A DNA stretch of 63,236 nt, the filler included, from Octopus bimaculoides (lineage: Eukaryota), in the NCBI RefSeq assembly GCF_001194135.2. It is 7 parts of 6 records of this genome, joined end to end, with 100 filler letters (N's around TTAATTAATTAA, not from the genome) between each part and the next. Parts side by side here need not be neighbours in the genome. Positions count along the whole stretch, not along the records: positions 37,065 to 56,292 come from NC_068981.1; positions 56,393 to 59,283 come from NC_068989.1; positions 59,384 to 61,758 come from NC_068985.1; positions 61,859 to 63,236 come from NC_068998.1; 3 more parts are not named here. One strand, given 5' to 3'. Under the pieces are notes generated by a model. That model was not told the DNA's origin. It saw only the letters and a program-made list of their open reading frames with translations, and made no database searches. Shown piece by piece: positions 51,313 to 63,236 of the stretch; within the stretch, counting starts at the first letter, position 1, and each line of letters opens with the position of its first letter. The position numbers and the translations under genes are program-made.

Positions 51313-52384
51313 GCATACACACATATATATATATGTATGTGTATGTGTGTATATGTATGAGTATGTGTGTATATATATATGTATATATGTGTATATATAT
51401 GAATACATATATATATATATATATATATATANNNNNNNNNNNNNNNNNNNNNNNNNNNNNNNNNNNNNNNNNNNNNNNNNNNNNNNNNNNNNNNNNNNNN
51501 NNNNNNNNNNNNNNNNNNNNNNNNNNNNNNNNNNNNNNNNNNNNNNNNNNNNNNNNNNNNNNNNNNNNNNNNNNNNNNNNNNNNNNNNNNNNNNNNNNNN
51601 NNNNNNNNNNNNNNNNNNNNNNNNNNNNNNNNNNNNNNNNNNNNNNNNNNNNNNNNNNNNNNNNNNNNNNNNNNNNNNNNNNNNNNNNNNNNNNNNNNNN
51701 NNNNNNNNNNNNNNNNNNNNNNNNNNNNNNNNNNNNNNNNNNNNNNNNNNNNNNNNNNNNNNNNNNNNNNNNNNNNNNNNNNNNNNNNNNNNNNNNNNNN
51801 NNNNNNNNNNNNNNNNNNNNNNNNNNNNNNNNNNNNNNNNNNNNNNNNNNNNNNNNNNNNNNNNNNNNNNNNNNNNNNNNNNNNNNNNNNNNNNNNNNNN
51901 NNNNNNNNNNNNNNNNNNNNNNNNNNNNNNNNNNNNNNNNNNNNNNNNNNNNNNNNNNNNNNNNNNNNNNNNNNNNNNNNNNNNNNNNNNNNNNNNNNNN
52001 NNNNNNNNNNNNNNNNNNNNNNNNNNNNNNNNNNNNNNNNNNNNNNNNNNNNNNNNNNNNNNNNNNNNNNNNNNNNNNNNNNNNNNNNNNNNNNNNNNNN
52101 NNNNNNNNNNNNNNNNNNNNNNNNNNNNNNNNNNNNNNNNNNNNNNNNNNNNNNNNNNNNNNNNNNNNNNNNNNNNNNNNNNNNNNNNNNNNNNNNNNNN
52201 NNNNNNNNNNNNNNNNNNNNNNNNNNNNNNNNNNNNNNNNNNNNNNNNNNNNNNNNNNNNNNNNNNNNNNNNNNNNNNNNNNNNNNNNNNNNNNNNNNNN
52301 NNNNNNNNNNNNNNNNNNNNNNNNNNNNNNNNNNNNNNNNNNNNNNNNNNNNNNNNNNNNNNNNNNNNNNNNNNNNNNNNNNNN

Positions 52385-52456
<72 letters not shown>

Positions 52457-53166
52457 GCATACATGCTTACATATACAAATAGAAAGATGTATATATTCAC
52501 ATATATGTATACATGTCAGAGCAGTGTGAGTTTGTGTGAGTGAATGAGTGAGTGATGGTGTGCGTGCGTGTGTCTGTGTGCCTTTGTGTGTCTGCGAGTG
52601 TGTGCGTATGTTTGAGCATATTCATGCGATTACGTCTCACGAGTCTCAGACAGAGACTGTGGCCATGCGGGGCACCGCCTTAAGATAACTTGGTTTATAT
52701 TTAACTTACACTTCCCAACCATGTCTGCTAAGTTTAATGATTAAACACAAATTTTGTCTCATGTTCAAATGATTCTGTCAAGGTTACTACATCGAATACA
52801 TAGATAAACACACAGTTTGTGACAGACCATGCCTTTCTTTTGCTGCGCTCAAATCTCATTGCGAACCCATGGAAAACGAACCTCCTCCAACTATTTTGCC
52901 TTTATGTCTATGCACACCTTTCAGTGCAACGTATGCTAGAAGGTTTACAAATCTAATGGAGGCCTCAAAAGACATTTTAAGATCCACAAAATTCAGAACT
53001 TATCTGCAGCTTCTGGGGTCTAAATTGGATATGCAATCTATGTCGGTGTCTTTTCAAAACATTGTCTTGTCTAAAAAGTTATATGAGATGCCATAATGGG
53101 TCTATGGTGTAGGTACAGGAGGTGGTCAAACTCTGCATAAGGAGTAGACAACCACCATGTATGGGC

Positions 53167-53198
<32 letters not shown>

Positions 53199-53369
53199 AT
53201 GTATGTATGTATTATGTATGCATGCATGCATGTATGTATGTATGTATGTATGTATGCATGTATGAATGTCATTAAATCTTTAAATCTTTAAAAATGTTTC
53301 AGCGTCAAAGCTGCGATCATGCTGGGGCACCATTGTTGAATGAGCTACACCAATATTTGAAAGCTCCTC

Positions 53370-54095
53370 TGATATGTGGCATTTGGTCATTGAGGGAGTT
53401 TTATGCCGCTGCCCTCATATATGGTTGTTGCCGTGAGATAGGCTCGTCGGGAACCCATGAGAGGAAGAAATCTAGTTTTGTTTTAAAGACACATATCCAC
53501 ACCATGCAGGCCTCTCAGGTATTTTGGAAGGATATTGAAGGGCTGTTGCAGTATCTGGTCCTGTATCTTGATGGCGATGCTGGGATCTTTGGCACTATGC
53601 AGTGGCTTCCCGTTCTGCAATTTGAGTGACTTTCAATGCCAAAGTTTGGTACAAGGCCTTCTAGGATTTTCCAGATATCACTGCATATCTTTCCCGCCTT
53701 CGTTCTATGGAGAAGAGTTTTAATTCTTTCAGTCTTTCCCAGTAGCTGATACGTTGCATCGAAACGATTTTCTTAGTGTAGCTTCGTTGGATTACATCGA
53801 ATTCTGCCGTGGATTTTATATTGTGTGGTGACCATACTTGGGAGCAGTAGTCCAATCGGCTGAGGACGTATGACCTCCAAAGGATCATCAATGTCTCCTT
53901 TTCTATTGTTTTGCAAGTTCGGAGGATCCAGCCAGCCGTCTGCATTTTATTACCAAGTTCGTAATATGCACTCGAAGAGATGCATCATTGCTCATGTCAG
54001 TGCCCAGGACACGTACCGATTTTGATTCAGGGATTTCAATTCTTCTTGAGCCAGTGTATCCTGTCGGCATGTCGTTTAGCTTTGTGGGCTGGTAG
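53370..54095 (-). mobile_element. CR1-group LINE, RT C-terminal fragment
   Basis: GWILRTCKTIEKETLMILWRSYVLSRLDYCSQVWSPH...IQRSYTKKI...YWERLKELKLFSIERRRERYAVI. Confidence 0.88.
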
Positions 54096-54099
54096 AGTA

Positions 54100-56207
54100 G
54101 GGCCTGCTCTCTCACTTTTTGATTTACAAGATCATGCTCAAAGCTGTTTCGTCACTCGCACACACCCTCTTCATTACATTCACCCACCTTATATAGAAAC
54201 TTTCAGGAGAGACAACTTGCCTCTCTATTCTCACCTTCCTTTTCAAATGGTACTTGAAAAAGTTGATGATAGATTCGCCAGAGAGGTAAGTGTTTGTCTA
54301 TAAATCTTTCGCTCGAGTCCACCACACATCTTCTATCACCATGGCCACCAGTACGATGTAGGCTACCTTGCTTTCCCGGTTGAGGGAAGGTGGTGGTTTA
54401 ACTTACCACGATAGACTCGGCCGACAGGCGGACTCGCCCCACACGTGACAGCAGCCGTGTGGCATAAGCCCACAGGTCCGAAATTGTTGGACACTGCACG
54501 AGTGCGGGCAGAACAGTTTCGTCGCTCTGACCGCATCTTAGGAAAGTCAGTCCGGTGTGTCTCGAACCATGCTTGTAGAGCTTATCCCGAACGGGTAATA
54601 CTTCTCGATAGCACTGCCAGGCCAGGAATCTTCGGTGTTCACTGTCGTCTATGAAACGCCGGAGATGTAGTCTCAGCGCAGGTCTGCGCATCATCAACCA
54701 CGGCATGCTTAGCCCTCCATTTAGCGGGTTTTGACAGCAAATGGATCGCCTAACCATCGGAACGCTTCCCTTCCACAAGAAGCGGAAGATAATGTATTCC
54801 GGTTTGGTAAAGATAGGGTCGGGACAAGGCACGACGGTCAGATGGTAATCGATGACGGATGCGATGTACGCGTTTTCCACCTCCGCCCGACCTTTTAGGG
54901 ATAGCTTCCTCTCGGCCCATTGCTGGGTGAGAGAGGCTGCCCTAGTCCTTATCTCGCCTCAATTCTTCTCCATTTGGAGGTCCGAACCGAACCAGACTCC
55001 GAGCAATTCAAACGGTCCGTCTGTCCAGCGTCCCACGATGGACACGCTGTTGGACGGCATGGGCACGTATCTCCAAGTGCCGAGCTGCAAGCTCACTGAT
55101 TTTTTCCGCTTAATTTTTGCTCCCGTTGCTGTTTCGTATTCTTTTAGTGTCTCGCCGACGAGATCGATATGCCTGTGTCTCGACACTATGACGGTGACGT
55201 CGTCCGTGTATGCAGACACGCCCCTCCCGTATCCCAGCTCTCAGGGGATGCACCTCATCGTCGCCAGCTTCCGCAGTAGTGGCTCAAGAGTCAATACGTA
55301 CAGAAGTGACATTACGTACATCCTTGACGAACCGAACGCGTGATGTTAAATGGCCTGGACGGATGACCATTTAAGCGAACTACTGAGCGGATGTCGATGT
55401 ATAAGGCAGCGATCCAGCCGCAAAAGATGGGACCGAAACCAGCCACTCTAAGGACAGCCTCCAAGTAGTGACGGTCTACCCTATCGAAAGGTTTTGATTG
55501 ATCCAAATAGATCAGTGCCCCACCCATCCCAGGTTTCCTAACTACCCTGTCTATGATGTAGTGCATCAGATGGAGGTTGCCATGGATACTCCTACCCGAC
55601 ACGGCGCACGTTTGCGCCTTGTCGACCAGTTTCTCGATGACAAGCACCAACGTCTCGAATCTATCTTGGCCAAAATCTTTAAGTCTGCGTTGAGCAGAGT
55701 AATGGGCCTGAAGATATCTATGACATTCCCCTTGTTTGGATCTTTCTTTAGCAATGCCACCGCTCCTCGCTTTACAGAGACGAGGATACTCCCGTTTTGC
55801 TGCCAGTTGCAGTAGACAGCTGCCAAGACGCCTCCAAACAAGTCTGGCGTATGACAAGAAATTCGTAGTGCAGAACATCCAAGCCTGGCGTGTTGTCTTC
55901 CGCGCAGACTGCCATTGCATCCCATACGTCCGCGGTTGTGATGGGTGTTTCACAACACTCCGCCTCTCTTGCCGAGAGTCGTGGAAGGCTATGCAAGTAG
56001 GCACTAAAGTCCACTCTGCGTTGTCACCTACCAGTTTTCCCGAACAGTCGGGCAAAGTGTTGTTGAAAGGCCTCACACATCCTTTCAGGCTCGAGTAATT
56101 CGCGCACCTGCTAATCTGTCAGGGACCTAAGGGTGGCTTTTGCCACTCGGGCCTCTCGAGCAGCTGTAACTCCTTCTAGCTCTGACAACGCATCCTTCGT
56201 GTTTGGC
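54100..56207 (-). mobile_element. Tx1/L1-clade ORF2 fragment: reverse transcriptase to C-terminus, frameshifted
   Basis: KHEGCVVRAR, MCEAFQQHFARLFG, FRPITLLNADLKILAK, LDQSKPFDRVDR, SVRQGC, AYTDDVTV, PFELLGVWFG, NGGLSMP and FKYHLKRKVRIER; stop at 54126-54124. Confidence 0.92.
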
Positions 56208-56227
56208 AGATAGATAGATAAATAAAT

Positions 56228-56292
<65 letters not shown>

Positions 56293-56629
56293 NNNNNNNN
56301 NNNNNNNNNNNNNNNNNNNNNNNNNNNNNNNNNNNNTTAATTAATTAANNNNNNNNNNNNNNNNNNNNNNNNNNNNNNNNNNNNNNNNNNNNTATATATA
56401 TATATATGTGTGTGTGTGTATGTATATATATATATGTATATATACGGGGAGAGAGAGAGTGAGAGAGGGAGATACACAAACGCAGTTCTACATGCTCCAC
56501 AACAATGAATGTATGAATGTATGTATAATATGTGTGTGCGTATATACACAAACACACACACATACACGTGTGTGTATGTATATACAAACGCATCTTACAT
56601 ATATAAGCCTTTATTCGGATTCCACTGCT

Positions 56630-56658
56630 TTTGATGCTGTTGTTGCTGTTGCTGTTGT

Positions 56659-56692
<34 letters not shown>

Positions 56693-57034
56693 GTTGTTGT
56701 TGCTTAAGCCCAGGCACTGCTCCACGACCTTTGTCCCTGCGTCTCTGCCTTTGTCGATCACCTGTCTGTTTCCTCCATCCCGTCCCCATGGATGCAACCT
56801 CATGAGCTCCCCAAAACTCAGCCATGGCGTTGAGCATATTCCTTCCTTCCTTCCTTCATTCATTCATTCATTCATTCATTCATTCCTTCATTCATTCATT
56901 CCTTCATTCATTCATTCCTTCATTCATTCATTCATTCATTCCTTCATTCCTTCATTCATTCATTCATTTATAAACATTCTGTGGTTCCTGTTATTGCTAT
57001 TGTTGCTGTGGCTGCTGCAACAAACACATTCACA

Positions 57035-57095
<61 letters not shown>

Positions 57096-57100
57096 CAACG
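56630..57100. repeat. Compound (GTT)n, (TTCA/TTCC)n and (GAT)n microsatellites
   Basis: Directly visible. Confidence 0.95.
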
Positions 57101-57190
57101 ATGTATAAAGTCACCCTCCCCGCCAACCCCTCAATGAAAAAATGTGCGTATACATGTCAAGTCTACAGAATGTTATACTCTAATATTGTA

Positions 57191-57528
57191 CAGCTTGCAT
57201 ACCAACCACATGGTTCCGGGTTCATTCCCACTGCGTGGCACTTTGGGCAAGTGTCTTCTACTATAGCCTCGGGCCGACCAAAGCCTTGTGTGTGGATTTG
57301 GTAGACGGAAACTGAAAGAAGCCTGTCGTATATATGTATATATATATGTATATATGTATACATATATGTATATATATATATATGTATATGTGTGTGTATA
57401 TGTTTGTGTGTCTGTGTTTGTCCCCCAACATCGCTTGACAACCGATGCTGGTGTGTTTACGTCCCCATAACTTAGCGGTTCGGCAAAAGAGACCGATAGA
57501 ATAAGTACAAGTAACAGAGTAAAAGAGT
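57191..57528 (+). mobile_element. Family-A SINE with a 3' internal deletion
   Basis: Aligns with 34143-34488 but lacks the segment before the tail. Confidence 0.85.
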
Positions 57529-58045
57529 ATATATTCATAGATCCATATACACATCTAACAGCGTGTGACGCTCTTATGTGCGTATGAGTGTGTGTTTACT
57601 TCATACGCTCGCGCACACACGTCCAAACACACACAGATGTATATACATATATATATATAATGTACCCGTATGTAAATATGTATAAGAGCTGGCAGAAACG
57701 ATAGCACGCCGAACGAAAATGCTTGTGTGTCTTTACTTTCTGAGTTCAAATTCCACCGAGGTCGACTTTGCCATTCATCCTTTCGGGGTCGATAAATTAA
57801 GTACCAGTTGTGTAATGGAGTCGATCTAATCGACTGGCCCCATCTCCCAAAATTTCCGACCTTGTGCCTTGAGTAGAAAACAATATGTATGAGCGTATTA
57901 ATATGTGTGTATTCATATATATATATGTATATATATGTATGTATATATATATATGGGAGAATGTACGAAAAAACAACAACAGACGAGGACAGGTGGTGTA
58001 AATAACAAAAGGATGTATTAGTATGACGCTCGGGAATACGGAAAG

Positions 58046-58082
58046 TCTTTAACGTTTCGAGCTACGCTCTTCAACAGAAAGA
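58046..58082 (-). ncRNA. Minimal type-I hammerhead motif of a second repeat family, core A6 mutated
   Basis: tcttt-CTGTTGA-A-GAGC-gta-GCTC-GAAA-CG-TT-aaaga: perfect stems I and II. Part of a repeat at 57960-58115 that recurs, truncated, at 61859-61960. Confidence 0.6.
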
Positions 58083-58365
58083 ATACGGAGACAAGGAGAA
58101 AAACACGGAGAAAAAAAATTGAATAGTATATATATATATATATATATTTATTTATATATATATATATATGCAGCACAGAATTTTGTCAGTGAACAGGTCG
58201 CGGTCTCAAAGCGACGAAAATATTTTGACAAATTAAATTTAAATGTTGAAGTGAATCTAACGGATTTTGTGTGTTATTTTAAATGGCTTATAAACACCTT
58301 CCACGCTGCAATTGTTTTTGTTCCAGCACACGATCTCAGATCAGGTCACTTGCCATGCAAGTACA

Positions 58366-58470
<105 letters not shown>

Positions 58471-59243
58471 CAATATGTATATATATATATGCGTGTATGC
58501 GTATATATATGCATATATTTATATACCTACAAATGCATTCATGCATGTACACATACTCATGTATACAAACTCACATATATACATAGAATATACTATATAC
58601 TTACGTATATATATATATATAAACATTTAATTCATCTCTACGCGCGTTTCTACAATTCTCATGTCTCTTAAGGTCACCGTCCGTATACCTGGGATGATTA
58701 TAAAGTAGTGATTATACTGGTCAAAAGGTATAAACACCTCTCTGATACCCATCCACTAATGTTATGTCGCCTGAAGAAATGAATGTATGAAGAGGATCAA
58801 TCCGATGCCCATGGATGCTACGGACAACACTGTAATCATCCAAGGAATACGGACTGTGATCTTAAAAGACATGTGAATTGTGGAAAGTCGCGTAGCGCTG
58901 CATTAAATGTTTATGAATTCCATCTTGTTATTATTACTATATAAGCACCTACAACACTCTCGGAGTGATTGGCGTTAGGAAGGGCATCCAGCTGTAGAAA
59001 TCCTGCCAAATCAGATTGGAGCCTGGTGCAGCCATCTGGTTCAGCAGTCCTCAGTCGAATCGTCCAACCCATGCTAGCATGGAAAGCGGGCGTTAAACGA
59101 TGATGATGATGTTGATATATGTATTTACGTATTTATATATACATATATATATATGTACGTATGCATATATATATGCACATATATATATATATGTGAATAT
59201 ATGTAAATGCAGATGCTCATATAATAGATTCCTATATATATGC

Positions 59244-59283
<40 letters not shown>

Positions 59284-59916
59284 NNNNNNNNNNNNNNNNN
59301 NNNNNNNNNNNNNNNNNNNNNNNNNNNTTAATTAATTAANNNNNNNNNNNNNNNNNNNNNNNNNNNNNNNNNNNNNNNNNNNNCACACACACACACACAC
59401 ACGCACGCACACACACACAGAATATCTATTGTACGACTGCTACTGTTGAGTTTTGCTCTACCCTAGATTATTCCTATCTAATCTGCTTCCAGAATAGTTT
59501 GTGGCTTAACCAGCGCTATATCCCGTAGCCTTACGGCGTTTGATATACAGAACAGTTGTAGAAGAAATTATGATCAGCATAATTTTATATAATTTGTTTT
59601 CCATACATAATACGATTGTTTTCCAAGAGACCGATAGAACAAGTACTAGGCTTACAAAGAATAAGTCCTCATACACCTCTACTACTCCATACTGTAAATA
59701 CGGCCACTACACACAATAGACATTCCTCAATTGAAAACCAGTAGTAGCCGCCACGATTCTTTCCCATTCTTTCTTACTTTCTTCATATATATATATATAT
59801 TTTTCTACCCCTGATCAAAAATATTTCGCCACCCTCTCCCCTCCACATTATCTTTTTTTCAAATACCACTCCCCTTGATAATTTCTGTGATTCGGCCAAA
59901 ACAGCCCTATTTATGA

Positions 59917-59949
<33 letters not shown>

Positions 59950-60200
59950 NNNNNNNNNNNNNNNNNNNNNNNNNNNNNNNNNNNNNNNNNNNNNNNNNNN
60001 NNNNNNNNNNNNNNNNNNNNNNNNNNNNNNNNNNNNNNNNNNNNNNNNNNNNNNNNNNNNNNNNNNNNNNNNNNNNNNNNNNNNNNNNNNNNNNNNNNNN
60101 NNNNNNNNNNNNNNNNNNNNNNNNNNNNNNNNNNNNNNNNNNNNNNNNNNNNNNNNNNNNNNNNNNNNNNNNNNNNNNNNNNNNNNNNNNNNNNNNNNNN

Positions 60201-60273
<73 letters not shown>

Positions 60274-61349
60274 GAGAGAGAGATAACAAGCGAAAGTTAG
60301 ATATTCTCAGTATAGGAAACACTTTAGTAGAGCCCAAATGAATTGTGGAGAGTTGCATTGTGTGCAAAAATACTACCGGTCAAATGACTTTGCTTGAATT
60401 CCTCATTCTTCTCACTCCCTTCTTTTTTCCCTCTTTTAATCCTTCTCTCTCTCTACATTTATATTCGTCACTCCTACTGTGCTCTCTACACATTCTGACT
60501 GAATCTTCCATGTGTTAACACATACCTCCTTGCGACAATGTAAGCTTTCATTTAATAAAGATATCTTTGGCCTGAAGACTAACCTGCAATATACACCTCG
60601 CTTGGATATTCAATTCCAAGGTTCCGCTCGCTATGAAACATATGTAGCCCGGATCTTATCTCCTCCTTTTCTGAACTCTTGTATTCTTATTTGCATACCC
60701 AGCAACCCTGGTCATCTACTGTGAAATATAAAAATAACTTTTTTCTGTTTATTGTACTTTGATACGGAAAAAGTCCACAACCTTCCGTCTCAATAAACCA
60801 CTATTGTCCATTAAAGTTGTTTTTTATATTTACTACGGATTGCTTGACGCTAACTTTCTTCCTACACCTCGATCCCTAGATATTATACATATATGTATAA
60901 GATAAGAGGATAACCACTAAATGGTTTCCTTACATGGTGAAAGTAGACGCCAATTCGTCTAACCACGAAGAATGCATAAGACACTATGAGAAGATATAAA
61001 AGGACCAGTGAATTCCATACTTCGAAGGTTCACCATTAATAATTAAACAATTATCCGTGGATCTTCAGTGGAATCTTGTATATTTGAATATAATTTGCAG
61101 TCTTTGGACCTTTTTTTACTCACACTGGCCACTGGTATAACTTATTTTTTAAATAATTTCTACCCTTGATACTTATATATATTAGGAAAAAAAAAGGAAA
61201 AAAAGAAAAAGAAACAGAAAATTAGAAAGAGAAATAGAAAAATAGATAGGAGTAGAGAGTATATTAATGATATTCACCTTCCTATACTACTAATTAGGTT
61301 CTTAAGAATTACGGGTGGATGATTTGATTCTTTGCTAATATAACATAGC

Positions 61350-61758
61350 TTTTCAATATTGCCAGCAATTATAGGCTGTCATTCTTCCTCTCACAGATAT
61401 TAAGACCACACATCGAGATGTCTCCTGATGTTTGTGAAAGCACTGAGGACCTCCTCAGCAGAGTCAATGAATGTAACTGCTCCCATGACCTGACAGATTG
61501 TATTATAGGCAGTATGGATGTAGTATCTCTCTATCCATCCATTGACATTGACTTTGCCGTAGAGAGATGTGTTGAAATTATTTCGGAAAGTGAAGTAACT
61601 TTCCGTGAAGTGAACACGAGGGAACTAGGCCTCCTCCTAAAGCTCGTTTATAATAATGAATACTTAGATCACCACGACCTAACTAGATTCTGCCCCACCA
61701 GGTCAAGACGAGGTAGACCACCTACGATCACATCAGCTGCTAGAAAAACCACCGCAGA
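61350..61758 (+). mobile_element. Penelope-like RT fragment (ends in gap)
   Basis: STEDLLSRVNECN...IIGSMDVVSLYPSIDID...GRPPTIT. Confidence 0.8.
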
Positions 61759-61974
61759 NNNNNNNNNNNNNNNNNNNNNNNNNNNNNNNNNNNNNNNNNN
61801 NNTTAATTAATTAANNNNNNNNNNNNNNNNNNNNNNNNNNNNNNNNNNNNNNNNNNNNAGAAAAACAAAAGACGAAGACAGGTGTCTGAATAACAAGCAA
61901 ATGTATGAGTTTGACGCTCGGGAAAATGAAAAAGTCTTTTTCGTTTCAAGCCTATAGCAGACATGCTGGAGTTG

Positions 61975-62640
61975 GTACTTTTACATATCATCCTTTGGTT
62001 GATTTCTTCACGGTGGTGGGATTTCATATTACCAATCCTGAAATTGTTTTCCCTTGGTTACTCGTCCATTTGTTGTATGCTGGTATTGCTTGCCTTAACT
62101 GTACGTCATGCCAAGCTGTTGGTTTATCCGGGATCGTAAATAGGTGAATGTCTAGTTCTTTTTTGAAGAGATCTACCTCCATTATGTGAAGGTTTCTTAA
62201 CTTTTTTTTTCTTTTAGCAGGGAATTGAGCAGTTGTGTGCCTTTGAATCCTAAACTATTATAGTGGCTGGTCTTCATTTTAGACAGCGTGGACGGTACTC
62301 TTGGTACAATGCAATGGCATCCACTTCGGGCATTTGTATAACTCTCGGTACCGAAATTAGGTACTAGCCCTTCAAGAGTTTTCCATATGTCGATAAGTAT
62401 ATATTTGTTACGTCTTCACTCAAGGGCGTAAAGGTGTAGTTCTCTCAGCCTCTCAACTCTTGCAGTGCACCAATCTTTGTAGTATAGTGGCTTTGGACGA
62501 CTTCAAGATCCACTGTTAATTTGGCGCTATAGGGTGACCACACCGAGAGTAGTGGTTCAGGAGGCTGAGGACAAAGGGTTAGGACAAGGTCAACATGACT
62601 TCTTAATCTTATGCTTTGAAGAACCTTAATATCCATCACG
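61975..62640 (-). mobile_element. CR1-group LINE 3' fragment
   Basis: VWSPYSAKLTVDLEVVQSHYTTKI, WKTLEGLVPNFG, NSLGFKGTQLLNSL and FKKELDIHLFTIPDKP. Confidence 0.85.
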
Positions 62641-63236
62641 CTAGATGTCTGCAGTTTGTTGCCATCATTGCAATGTGCATATGAAATTATGTATAATTAC
62701 ATATAAGTGATATCTAAGTCCCTCACTGTCCCTCACTGTCTGCGAATCTGGGATTGTAATGACTTCAGGTCCTCTATATGCAGGCTGCAGTGCATTTGTG
62801 AGTTAACAGCGCAATGCTGCAAATTTTTGCGCATTAAAATGCCTGTTGGTTTCTTCAACCCACTTGTATATTGTCTTTATGTCCCACGCTAAGCTTCCGG
62901 CATCATCTGGTTTCTTTATTGGTTATAATAATTTTATATCATGTGTAGCTAGGGATAGCGGCTACTTGAGTGTCCATGGACATGCCTGAGGTAGCTACTA
63001 TAAGCAGAAATGACCTCAAGATAGTTGCCTTGGAGACACCACACAAAATGTATGATTCCTAAGAGACGGCGCCATTGGCTACAACTACTTGACTTCTGTC
63101 TCCTAAGAAGTCATGCAGTTTACCTGCTGTGCCAAATTCTCACAGCTTGTGACACATCATGCTATGATCCAGCTTATCAAAGTCTTTTAGGTAGACAAGA
63201 TATGAAATATTGAAATCTGAAGTGTAAATATATATA

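Noticed and set aside
37065-56207. The two Tx1 fragments as one rearranged element
   Set aside because: They cover consecutive parts of ORF2, but each has its own 5' junction in real sequence and they differ in decay; two copies is the simpler reading.

Overview
AT-rich, microsatellite-dense eukaryotic draft sequence, about 10% N gaps. The SINE families, repeat landscape and invertebrate-type IL-17 point to an octopus genome (inference). Only one host protein-coding gene is well supported: a minus-strand interleukin-17-like cytokine. Its IL-17-domain exon is 43276-43806; the likely first exon has 5 codons (45737-45751) and sits under a TATA/Inr/kappaB-like promoter. The rest is a fossil record of mobile DNA: maT/mariner, Helitron, Chapaev3-like, piggyBac (a remnant and a MITE), R4/Dong-like, HERO-like, Tx1, CR1 and Penelope-like pieces, plus many tRNA-derived SINEs. 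The most interesting unannotated structure lies around IL-17. A ~600-bp unit with conserved splice donors and AP-1/ETS motifs brackets the gene as an inverted pair. Three minimal Penelope-type hammerhead ribozyme motifs occur in the window, one on the sense strand of the IL-17 intron. A near-full-length U2 snRNA copy is split by a SINE tail and has an altered branch-point pairing sequence. The cytokine has the third cystine-knot cysteine pair and an acidic, possibly Tyr-sulfated tail. Almost all ORFs in the supplied track are microsatellite or N-gap artefacts. All alignments and family assignments were made by eye from motifs; no searches were run.
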